This document shows, one piece after another, positions 46,030 through 53,980 of a DNA stretch of 53,980 nucleotides. A program made the translations under genes and the position numbers. Under the pieces are notes generated by a model. It saw only the letters and a program-made list of their open reading frames with translations. It did not search any database and was not told the origin of the DNA. How positions within the stretch are numbered: position 1 is the stretch's first letter; each line of letters opens with the position of its first letter. The stretch spans positions 1 to 53,980 of the forward strand of contig JABMOB010000002.1 of the NCBI GenBank assembly GCA_013204345.1, given 5' to 3'. The stretch comes from Parcubacteria group bacterium. GTDB taxonomy: Bacteria > Patescibacteriota > Minisyncoccia > Phycocordibacterales > JABMOB01.

Positions 46030-46052
46030 AAATTTAATATGGTATGTTTGTC

Positions 46053-46397
46053 TTATTTTTTGGCTTCTGCTGTAGTTGTTTTTGCAGCTTGAGCACTAGC
46101 GATTTCACCCTCTTTCTTTTTCTGCTCCAAATCCTTCTGCATTCGTCCTCCATGTTTGATAAATTTGCGAGTTGGAGAAAATTCACCCAATCGATGACCA
46201 ACCATATCTTCCGAAACTAGAACTTCTATAAAATCCCTACCGTTGTGCACTCCAAATTTAAAGCCAACCATCTCAGGGGCAATCTGACTATCGCGCGCCC
46301 ATGTTTTAACAACACCAGCTTCCATAGCCTTTTTGCCTTCTATTTTTTTTAGAAGTTTTTCGTAGACATATGGGCCTTTTTTGGACGATCGTGTCAT
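46053..46397 (-). CDS. rpsS: 30S ribosomal protein S19 (C-terminal extension)
   Basis: [32 protein letters not shown]; ATG at 46397. Confidence 0.97.
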   Translation of the reverse strand: MTRSSKKGPYVYEKLLKKIEGKKAMEAGVVKTWARDSQIAPEMVGFKFGVHNGRDFIEVLVSEDMVGHRLGEFSPTRKFIKHGGRMQKDLEQKKKEGEIASAQAAKTTTAEAKK

Positions 46398-46434
46398 AAA
46401 ATATAGAAAACAGCTCCATACGAGCGTGGATAAC

Positions 46435-46463
46435 ATACTAAACGAATTGGCTAAATAAGTCAA
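46435..46463 (-). promoter_or_regulatory. Internal promoter upstream of rpsS
   Basis: TTGACT-17-TAGTAT. Confidence 0.65.
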
Positions 46464-46502
46464 CGCCTATGTAACTAAGCCATAAAAAAAACCGAATGAA
46501 CC

Positions 46503-46530
46503 TTAAAAAGCGAGATTATCCTCGCTTTTT
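46503..46530 (-). terminator. Terminator after rplB
   Basis: aaaaagcgag-gataat-ctcgcttttt. Confidence 0.7.
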
Positions 46531-46532
46531 TA

Positions 46533-47372
46533 CTACTTCTTTCCAACCTTTCTTCTAGAAACAATAAGTTTGTTTGAATATTTTTTAGGTCGGCGAGACT
46601 TCTGACCTTTTCCAACAGGCTTACCCCAACGAGTCTTGGCGCGTCGCAAACCTCTTCCAGATCGTCCCTCACCTCCTCCATATGGGTGATCAACGGGGTT
46701 TTGGGCAGTACCACGAACAGTAGGGCGGATTCCGAGCCATCGACTTCTTCCAGCCTTACCAATATTCACAAGACGATTTTCTTCATTTGAAACTTCACCA
46801 ATAGACGCCCAAGCTTTTTCTGAAATTTTTCTTACCTCAGTTGAGGGTAGTTTGATATCTACATAACCAGCATCTTTTGCGACTACTTCGGCGTAATTTC
46901 CCGCAGAACGTCCAAGTTTTGCCCCTCCGTTTGGTTTTACCTCAACATTGTATATAAAAGTTCCTACTAAAATTTCTTTTAATTGCAATCGATTACCTGG
47001 TTTGATAGGAGCTTTTGCTGATGTTATGAGCACATCCCCAACCTTTACACTTTTTGGAAGAAGTATGTATCTTTTTTCGCCATCAGCGTAATTAACCAAA
47101 CTGATGAAACCTGATCTGTTTGGGTCATACTCAACAGTCTTCACAGTGTAAGGAATGTCTATTTTATCAAATCGAAAATCAACAGCTCTCCACATTCTTT
47201 TGTGACCACCCCCTTTGTGACGAGTCGTAATACGTCCAAAACTGTTTCTACCCACAGATCTCTTGAAACCACCGGTCAGAGATTTTTCTGGATTTTGTGA
47301 AGTAATAACGCCCCTATATGAAATAGTCGTAAGGTGCCTTCGTGATTTACTTGTTGGTTTATAGTGCTTCAT
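46533..47372 (-). CDS. rplB: 50S ribosomal protein L2
   Basis: GRN..GRIT.RH.GGGHKR, EYDPNRS, GKAGRSRWLG.RP.VRG...NPVDHP.GGGEG. Confidence 0.99.
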   Translation of the reverse strand: MKHYKPTSKSRRHLTTISYRGVITSQNPEKSLTGGFKRSVGRNSFGRITTRHKGGGHKRMWRAVDFRFDKIDIPYTVKTVEYDPNRSGFISLVNYADGEKRYILLPKSVKVGDVLITSAKAPIKPGNRLQLKEILVGTFIYNVEVKPNGGAKLGRSAGNYAEVVAKDAGYVDIKLPSTEVRKISEKAWASIGEVSNEENRLVNIGKAGRSRWLGIRPTVRGTAQNPVDHPYGGGEGRSGRGLRRAKTRWGKPVGKGQKSRRPKKYSNKLIVSRRKVGKK

Positions 47373-47374
47373 GG

Positions 47375-47580
47375 ATTTTCTTAACGAGCATAGCGAGTTT
47401 TAGAAAATAATGACCCTGTTAAATAACATTTGATTGTTATATGGGTAAAATATTCTATTATCCTCATACTCTGTGCGTGTTACATATTACTTATTTTTGG
47501 TTTTTTATCAAATGTTAGTTTTAAATTGCTATTTAAAACTATTTAACAGGGTGAGTAAAATATAATCACTCTGTTCCTTA
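47375..47580 (-). repeat. CCCTGTTAAAT repeat, long form (rplW-rplB)
   Basis: Core 47413-47552. Confidence 0.9.
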
Positions 47581-47582
47581 TT

Positions 47583-47975
47583 TTACACCACCTCAATTTT
47601 ATCCTCTTTTTTCAAATAAACGTACGCTTTTTTTATACCTGACTTTGTACCACGCTTGCCTCTTACAAAAACACTCTTCTTGGGTGTATTTACAATATTT
47701 ACACGTACAGGAGTTACTTTATACATTTCGTGGACAGCTTGTGCAACAGATTTTTTATTTGCCTTTTTTGTAACCTCAAACACATGTACGTTTTCTGACT
47801 CAGATTTAAACGACGCTTTTTCAGTAATACGTGGACGAATAATAACAGTCTCTGTTCGACTTTTGACAGTAGCTGTAGATTCTACAACTGTAGGTTTTGA
47901 CGCCACAACAGCAACTTCTTTTACTTCTTTAACCACGTCAGCCTTTGTATTCTTTTTTCTTCCTAAAAGTGCCAT
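47583..47975 (-). CDS. rplW: 50S ribosomal protein L23 (N-terminal extension)
   Basis: RPRITEKA, F.V...ANK, KKAYV.L. Confidence 0.96.
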   Translation of the reverse strand: MALLGRKKNTKADVVKEVKEVAVVASKPTVVESTATVKSRTETVIIRPRITEKASFKSESENVHVFEVTKKANKKSVAQAVHEMYKVTPVRVNIVNTPKKSVFVRGKRGTKSGIKKAYVYLKKEDKIEVV

Positions 47976-47976
47976 G

Positions 47977-48759
47977 TTATTTTTGTTTGCTTTCTATAAA
48001 TTTTAAAGACTCTTTTGGTTCAGAAATAACAAGATATTTATACTTTAGAACTTTAATGGGATTTAGATTGCGAATTTCTTGAACTTCCATATTACCAAAA
48101 TTACTAAAACTTTTTTCAACCGCCATATCTTTTTTGGAGATAGTTATGAGAGTGGAGTTTGTTTTCTTGCCTACAATTCCACCAAAACCTTTTATTCCTT
48201 TTAGAAATGACAGAGTTTCTAGGGCTTCTTTTGTTTTTGGTTTAACAAAAGTTAGAGAGTCTATAAAAAGAATTTCCCCATCACGATATTTTTTAGAAAG
48301 AATCGTGAAAAGCGCCATGGCTTTCATTTTTTTGTTTACTTTTTTATCAAAATTTTTGTCGTTTCTTGGACCGTGAGTGACACCTCCTCCAACCCAAATA
48401 GGTGACCGCGTAGAGCCGTGACGAGCACGTCCCGTACCTTTTTGCTGCCATGGTTTCTTACCACCACCTCGCACATCCGCACGACTTTTTGTATGAGCGA
48501 TAGCGTTTCTTGCACTAGAGAGTAACGACTGCACAGTCTGATGAACAAGGTCAGCATTCCATCTCAAACCAAAAATGTCTTCTGGCAAAGTTATCTTTTC
48601 AACCTCCTTACCTTTTTGATCGTAAACAGTAGCTTCCATTGTGGTAGCCACCTTTTTTTCAACTTTTTCGCTTTTTGGAATTCCTTCAGATACAGGTGCT
48701 GCCTTTTTTGCTCGAGCAGAAGTTGTTGGAGTATTCTTTTTTACAGTAGTCTTTTCCAT
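47977..48759 (-). CDS. rplD: 50S ribosomal protein L4 (N-terminal extension)
   Basis: TKSRADVRGGGKKPWQQKGTGRARHGSTRSPIWVGGG. Confidence 0.98.
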   Translation of the reverse strand: MEKTTVKKNTPTTSARAKKAAPVSEGIPKSEKVEKKVATTMEATVYDQKGKEVEKITLPEDIFGLRWNADLVHQTVQSLLSSARNAIAHTKSRADVRGGGKKPWQQKGTGRARHGSTRSPIWVGGGVTHGPRNDKNFDKKVNKKMKAMALFTILSKKYRDGEILFIDSLTFVKPKTKEALETLSFLKGIKGFGGIVGKKTNSTLITISKKDMAVEKSFSNFGNMEVQEIRNLNPIKVLKYKYLVISEPKESLKFIESKQK

Positions 48760-48768
48760 ATAATATTT

Positions 48769-49380
48769 TTAACCTTTGATTTCTACCAAAGTCCCCCTTC
48801 TCCCTGGAATTGCACCACTAATCAAAATTTTATTGTTTACAGCGTCTATCTGCAAAACCTTAAGATTCTTTACTGTGATATTATCGCTACCCATTCGGCC
48901 AGGCATACGCATTGCTTTTGGAACTTTGTTTCTAAGTCCTCCTCCGATAGATCCCGGCTCTCTTTCTGAATGTTTTTGACCATGACTTCTTGGGCCACCT
49001 TTGAAACCGTGTCTTTTAACAACACCTTGGAAACCTTTGCCTTTTGAAATAGCAGAAATAGACACAGTATCGCCTGTAGCAAAAACTGAGGATTCAATTT
49101 TATCACCAACATTTGAAATAACGTCTTCTTCTTTTAATCTGATTTCTTTAACCTTAGCGAAATTACCCAGAGTTTTGAAATGACCTTTTTGTGCTTTATT
49201 GATATTTTTTTCGTGACGTTCGCCAAAACCAACCTGCACAGCTTTGTAGCCATCTTTTTCCTTGTCTTTGACCTGAACAACCACAGCGGGAGTTATCTCT
49301 ATAACGGTTGCAGGAAAACTACGGCCTTCGTCATCAAAGACCTGTGACATACTCAATTTTTTACCAAAGATAAATTTCAT
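48769..49380 (-). CDS. rplC: 50S ribosomal protein L3
   Basis: GKKLSM, DGY.AVQ, SKGKGFQGVVKRHGF, PGRMG. Confidence 0.98.
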   Translation of the reverse strand: MKFIFGKKLSMSQVFDDEGRSFPATVIEITPAVVVQVKDKEKDGYKAVQVGFGERHEKNINKAQKGHFKTLGNFAKVKEIRLKEEDVISNVGDKIESSVFATGDTVSISAISKGKGFQGVVKRHGFKGGPRSHGQKHSEREPGSIGGGLRNKVPKAMRMPGRMGSDNITVKNLKVLQIDAVNNKILISGAIPGRRGTLVEIKG

Positions 49381-49381
49381 G

Positions 49382-49586
49382 TGATTGATTTTAAAGGAAT
49401 GTAATGACTATTAAAATCATCACCCTGTTAAATAACATTTGATTGTTACAACAGGAGTGCATTCCTCTTACATAACCGTAAGTCCTACATACTACTTATT
49501 TTTGATTTTTAATCAAATGTTGATTTTAAATTATTATTTAAAATCATTTAACAGGGTAACTAAAAACATAGTCGCTCCGCTCCTTG
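49382..49586 (-). repeat. CCCTGTTAAAT repeat, long form with alternative 3' arm (rpsJ-rplC)
   Basis: Core 49422-49557; 49382-49433 identical (52 bp) to 50001-50052. Confidence 0.9.
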
Positions 49587-49593
49587 TTTTTGC

Positions 49594-50001
49594 TTACATT
49601 ATCTTCACGTCTATATTTACCCCAGACGGTAAACTCAAATTTGTGAGTGATTCAATGATCTTTTGACTAGGGTTCAATATATCAATCAACCTCTTGTGGA
49701 TTCTCATCTCAAATTGTTCTCGCGCATTTTTGTAGACGAAAGCAGAGCGATTAACTGTATATTTTTTAATACTAGTAGGAAGAGGTATCGGACCAAGAAC
49801 CTTGGCATCATACCGAAGGGCTGTGTCGATTATTTGCTTCACAGATAAATCAAGTATTTTGTACTCATATGCCTGAACACGTATACGAAGTTTTGAAATA
49901 CCCTCCTCTTTTGAGACGGTTTTCACTTTTTTGACACGCGGCGCCTTTGCTCGTACTGAGCCTGTCGAAGTATCTTTTTTTGTTATAGTTTCTTCAGCCA
50001 T
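49594..50001 (-). CDS. rpsJ: 30S ribosomal protein S10 (N-terminal extension)
   Basis: LRIRVQAY, GPIPLPT, REQFEMRIHKRLIDI, LPSGV. Confidence 0.98.
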   Translation of the reverse strand: MAEETITKKDTSTGSVRAKAPRVKKVKTVSKEEGISKLRIRVQAYEYKILDLSVKQIIDTALRYDAKVLGPIPLPTSIKKYTVNRSAFVYKNAREQFEMRIHKRLIDILNPSQKIIESLTNLSLPSGVNIDVKIM

Positions 50002-50127
50002 GATTGATTTTAAAGGAATGTAATGACTATTAAAATCATCACCCTGTTAAATCCCGCCTCGCGGGATCATTTGCTGGTGCAAATGATATTTAACAGGGTA
50101 AGGAAATTATAGTCGCTACGCTCGTTA
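50002..50127 (-). repeat. CCCTGTTAAAT repeat, short form with outer arms (tuf-rpsJ)
   Basis: Core 50041-50099. Confidence 0.9.
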
Positions 50128-50134
50128 ATTTTCC

Positions 50135-51334
50135 TTACGCCGTAATTTTTGTAACAACTCCGGCACCGACAGTTTTACCTCCCTCTCGTATAGCAAATCG
50201 CATCTTTTCTTCCATAGCTACAGGAGCGACAAGCTTAACTTTGAATGTAATTGTGTCTCCAGGCATAACCATTTCAACTTTTTCAGGAAGAGTCACATCT
50301 CCAGTAACATCCGTTGTTCTAATATAGAACTGTGGTTTGTAACCAGTAAAGAATGGAGTGTGTCGTCCACCCTCTTCTTTCTTCAAAACGTAAACTTCTG
50401 CATCAAAGTCTGTGTGAGGAGTAACGGATCCTGGTTTTGCCAAAACCTGCCCTCGATGAATTTCTTCTTTTTTTGCACCTCGGAGCAAAATTCCGGCGTT
50501 ATCTCCAGCCATACCTTCTGACAAAGATTTGTTAAACATTTCAATACCTGTAACTGTAGTTTTTGTTGTGGGTTTGATACCAACAATCTCGATATCTTCA
50601 CCGACCTTAATTCGCCCTCTTTCAATTCTTCCTGTAACAACAGTTCCTCGTCCTTCAATAGAGAAAATGTCTTCAACCGGCATAAGAAATGGCTTATCTA
50701 GGTCTCTTTCTGGTATAGGAACATATGTGTCCAAAGCATCCACTAATTCAAGGATTTTCTTTGACCATTCGTCATCATTATCCTTAGATTCAAGAGCTTT
50801 CAGAGCTGAACCTCGAATAACAGGAGCTGTTTCACCTTCAAAACCTTGTTTAGTCAAAAGCTCTCGAACTTCTTCTTCAACCAAGTCAATAAGCTCCTTA
50901 TCAGGAACCATATCGCATTTGTTTAGGAAAACGAGTACTTTTGGCACACCAATCTGTCTAGCCAATAGAATATGCTCTCGAGTCTGTGGCATAACACCGT
51001 CAGTAGCGGCAACAACCAAGATTGCACCGTCCATTTGAGCAGCACCGGTGATCATGTTTTTAATATAGTCTGCGTGACCTGGGGCATCAATGTGCGCATA
51101 GTGACGAGCATCTGAAGAATACTCGTTGTGAGAAAGGGCAATGGTAATACCTCTTGCCTTCTCTTCTGGGGCTGAGTCAATCTGATCAACTCCTTTAATT
51201 TTTACATCCTTACCCGCTCTCTGCAATACACTCAAGATTGCGGCGGTTAAAGTAGTCTTACCATGGTCAACGTGGCCGATTGTACCGACGTTAACGTGTG
51301 GCTTTGACCTATCGAAAACTGTTGCTTCTGCCAT
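50135..51334 (-). CDS. tuf: Elongation factor Tu
   Basis: [43 protein letters not shown]. Confidence 0.99.
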   Translation of the reverse strand: MAEATVFDRSKPHVNVGTIGHVDHGKTTLTAAILSVLQRAGKDVKIKGVDQIDSAPEEKARGITIALSHNEYSSDARHYAHIDAPGHADYIKNMITGAAQMDGAILVVAATDGVMPQTREHILLARQIGVPKVLVFLNKCDMVPDKELIDLVEEEVRELLTKQGFEGETAPVIRGSALKALESKDNDDEWSKKILELVDALDTYVPIPERDLDKPFLMPVEDIFSIEGRGTVVTGRIERGRIKVGEDIEIVGIKPTTKTTVTGIEMFNKSLSEGMAGDNAGILLRGAKKEEIHRGQVLAKPGSVTPHTDFDAEVYVLKKEEGGRHTPFFTGYKPQFYIRTTDVTGDVTLPEKVEMVMPGDTITFKVKLVAPVAMEEKMRFAIREGGKTVGAGVVTKITA

Positions 51335-51495
51335 ATATTTTGTAACCTATCTAATGATGAGAGTTCAGCGCGCGAGAACTTTGTTGAACTCCAACAACCA
51401 GCTAGATTTTTAAAATTAAACTAATAAATAAAATTACCAATTATTTTTTCGTGCACAAACCAAAAACTAGGTAGGCACAAAAAGCAATAGAGGCA

Positions 51496-51525
51496 ATGAT
51501 AGCAAAGATTGTATGGCTACGTCAA
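51496..51525 (-). promoter_or_regulatory. Promoter for tuf
   Basis: TTGACG-18-TATCAT with TGn extension. Confidence 0.55.
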
Positions 51526-51608
51526 GCGCCTAAGTATATTGCAAAAAACCTTTGGCTAATTTATTATTTCATCAGAATGGAGTACAAATTTTTACAAAGG
51601 GCCTTAGG

Positions 51609-51890
51609 ATGATAGAACCCACCGGCAAGACAAACATTCCTCTGGTAATTCAAATACGTTCTCAAAACACATTGCGAAATCCTCACGATTTGATACAGGC
51701 AGCATCCAAACATATGACCGAAGCGAAGAAAAATCAGCAGTCATGTCATTTAGGTTTTGGAACAGCGACAGCAAAAGCCTTCAATCAGTTTGTGGGGGTG
51801 TTGATAGAACAAGACTGGGAAGTAAAACCGGGAAAACAACATCGGGAAATAATCTTGACCCCACCGGCAAATACGATTCGTTTATCGTGA
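51609..51890 (+). CDS. Hypothetical protein
   Basis: ORF on otherwise empty strand, followed by hairpin ccccaaccga..tcggctgggg; ATG at 51609 assumed. Confidence 0.5.
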   Translation: MIEPTGKTNIPLVIQIRSQNTLRNPHDLIQAASKHMTEAKKNQQSCHLGFGTATAKAFNQFVGVLIEQDWEVKPGKQHREIILTPPANTIRLS

Positions 51891-51995
51891 CAAGAGCAAT
51901 AGAGTGACACTTGAAAGCAAAACCCCAACCGACAATATCGGCTGGGGAATTTTTTATCCAATCTAAATCATCTCTTGAAACAAGGTGAAAAACCA

Positions 51996-52514
51996 TTAAA
52001 AAAGTGCTACCATAGCTACCGTCCAGATAATAGTTATAACTGTAAAAATCATTGCGTGACGTAGAGCTTTGTATTTTGCATCGGCAACACAAGCTAGGTT
52101 ATGAGAATTACCGTGTGTTTCACGAATAAATTCTTGCGGAGAAAGCTCACTTGCCTGTTCTACATATTCTTCATGAGAAAAAGTTGCAATGTCTTTGAAA
52201 AATAAAAGATTTTTCTTTTTTGACAAGGAAGTTCTTGGATATACTACTCTAATTATGAATTTTAAAGTAATAACTATCATGATCAAAGAAAAGGCAAATA
52301 GAAAAACCCACAAAGAATGACCGACTCCTATAGTAGACTTCAAGGTGTTCAATCTAGACAACAATGCCCCCGTGACAATACCCAATACACCAAGAACGCC
52401 AACAGCTTTTGTATCGGCTTGTTTTATCTGATCTGCAATGTTTGTAGAAATAAATTTGGCGAAATCAAAAAGCGTACGCATGTCCTTTATATCTTTTTCG
52501 TTTAAATTATTCAT
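51996..52514 (-). CDS. Pycsar effector-like transmembrane protein (DUF5706/PycTM-like)
   Basis: QADTKA + TM, TM + YPR, LLFF.DIA, A..KY..LR.A + TM architecture. Confidence 0.72.
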   Translation of the reverse strand: MNNLNEKDIKDMRTLFDFAKFISTNIADQIKQADTKAVGVLGVLGIVTGALLSRLNTLKSTIGVGHSLWVFLFAFSLIMIVITLKFIIRVVYPRTSLSKKKNLLFFKDIATFSHEEYVEQASELSPQEFIRETHGNSHNLACVADAKYKALRHAMIFTVITIIWTVAMVALF

Positions 52515-52633
52515 AACAAAAGTATAACAGAGAAAAAATATCTATGCCTGCTTTAATGTGTATAGAACAATCCGAAGCAAGGTTTGAGTTTCTATCCAAG
52601 ATTTTGTTTTAGATGAAAGTAAGAATGACTTAC

Positions 52634-53980
52634 TTACCCATCTACTAAACCTATTTTCTCCAATCGGGCTTGTATTCCGCCTCTTTTCCTACCAAATGTT
52701 TCCATTAATTTGGAGATCGTCACATTTTTATTAAAAAGTTCCTTTAGTTTTTTATCCTCTTCCGGTGACCACCTGCGATATGCGTTAGGATGTTTCTCTC
52801 TTATTTTTTCAAAACCATTTTTAAGAGAAATCTTCGTCATTTTACTCACCTTTTTTCTTGAAGTAATCTTACCGCCAAAAGCAGTGATAAAATTACTATG
52901 CATCTTTTCAAGTTTTTCTATGGGTATATCCAAAAAAGCTTTCTCTGCTTCAAGTGATGCACTTCGAAAGGCTTCGTCTTTTGCAATAATATCTGGATGA
53001 ACCTTAAAGGCCATCGCATTCCATCCCAATATATATAGCCCGGACAACCTACGTACGCGAGAAAGAGCTACGTATCCCTGTCCGTACTCAAAAACCTGAC
53101 TCAAATCCATCACAGCAGCATCCATACTCATACCTTGGCTTTTGTGCACAGTAATGGCCCAAGCAAGACGAAGCGGCACTTGGGTGATACGTGCGCGGAT
53201 TTTACCATTCTCCTCCACACTCCATTCCATCGGCTCCACAATAATCCTCTTACCATCTCTCGTTTCAACAATTGGATAACCATTTAGCCCTCCAAAGCCG
53301 GTTACAATCCCCAAAGTACCATTTACAAAACCTTCTTTTGGATTATTTTTTGTAAACATTATCTCTGCACCCTTTTTCAATGCAAGAGTTTCGGGCGAAA
53401 GACAACCTTTCTTGAGCACTGCAACAAGAGCGGGAGGACCATCAGAAATTACAGCGAAGGATTGCTTTGTCCCTTTTATTTTTTCTAATCTTTCTTGATT
53501 TACCATATCAACATCCATATTATGAGAAAAAAGTTTGGGAATATTTGTCGGCAGAGAATTGCTAGAGACTTTTCTTTTGGAAATAGAAACTAAATGTTCC
53601 TCATCAAAAGTATCACTTCGTATTGCCGATAAAATTTTTAGAAAGGCGCTATCGTCTTGACGATACTGCTCACTCAAATAACATACCACTGGATTTGCTT
53701 CTAACCACGCAGGTGAGCCATAGGCAAAATCGGCATGGTCCAACTCTATAAGCGCAATTTGTGGATCTTCATCAGTGTTTTTCTTGACTATCGGTGGTAA
53801 TTGAAAAAAATCTCCGACAAAAATTACTTGCAAACCACCAAAAGGTTCTCTGTTCTGTTTCACTTCTTTACATATAGCATCCACCATCGTAAGCATATTT
53901 GGAAGAAGCATAGATATCTCATCTATAATCAAAACTTTTGCTCTACGAATACGTTTTGCCACATATTCATTACTTGAGAT
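52634..53980 (-). CDS. PIF1/RecD-like SF1B helicase (5' part beyond window end)
   Basis: IIDEISM, PFGGLQ..VGDFFQLPP, L.EQYRQ, VNGTLG, PLRLAWAITVHKSQG, YVALSR; frame open to 53980. Confidence 0.92.
   Translation of the reverse strand: MSSNEYVAKRIRRAKVLIIDEISMLLPNMLTMVDAICKEVKQNREPFGGLQVIFVGDFFQLPPIVKKNTDEDPQIALIELDHADFAYGSPAWLEANPVVCYLSEQYRQDDSAFLKILSAIRSDTFDEEHLVSISKRKVSSNSLPTNIPKLFSHNMDVDMVNQERLEKIKGTKQSFAVISDGPPALVAVLKKGCLSPETLALKKGAEIMFTKNNPKEGFVNGTLGIVTGFGGLNGYPIVETRDGKRIIVEPMEWSVEENGKIRARITQVPLRLAWAITVHKSQGMSMDAAVMDLSQVFEYGQGYVALSRVRRLSGLYILGWNAMAFKVHPDIIAKDEAFRSASLEAEKAFLDIPIEKLEKMHSNFITAFGGKITSRKKVSKMTKISLKNGFEKIREKHPNAYRRWSPEEDKKLKELFNKNVTISKLMETFGRKRGGIQARLEKIGLVDG

Noticed and set aside
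5891-50127. CCCTGTTAAAT repeats as a CRISPR array
   Set aside because: Copies are dispersed singly between genes, not tandem repeat-spacer units, and no cas genes are present.
1-53980. Alternative genetic code (TGA = Gly)
   Set aside because: infC and smpB end at TGA at their expected lengths, and core genes have no in-frame TGA.

Overview
AT-rich bacterial chromosome segment using genetic code 11 (TGA = stop). It is most consistent with a Patescibacteria/CPR (Parcubacteria-like) genome: rpmD is missing between rpsE and rplO, tuf sits directly before rpsJ, and many genes lack SD sites. Core content is ftsH (5' part), tmRNA + smpB, cardiolipin synthase, infC-rpmI-rplT, a beta-CASP nuclease, a probable 6S RNA, ndk, and the tuf-S10-spc cluster to secY-adk-map. 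The spc block is split between rplE and rpsN by about 27 kb of accessory genes: polyamine-type genes, a PurD-like ATP-grasp ligase, an orphan histidine kinase, a GT2/PIG-L/kinase/HAD/HD cluster, peptidases, NUDIX proteins, an ABC transporter and an extra sigma70. The most notable unannotated signals are: (1) two tandem W-H-x-x-H leader peptides, each with an antiterminator/terminator pair, upstream of an unknown-unknown-M28 peptidase operon; (2) a modular, covarying, palindromic repeat family that occupies r-protein intergenic spacers and carries a promoter-like motif; (3) strand-biased AAAGTC tandem repeats starting at r-protein stop codons, with one copy translated inside rplV; (4) several diverged direct-repeat scars bounding accessory segments although no integrase is present. 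All calls are by eye from sequence motifs; no database searches or folding programs were run.
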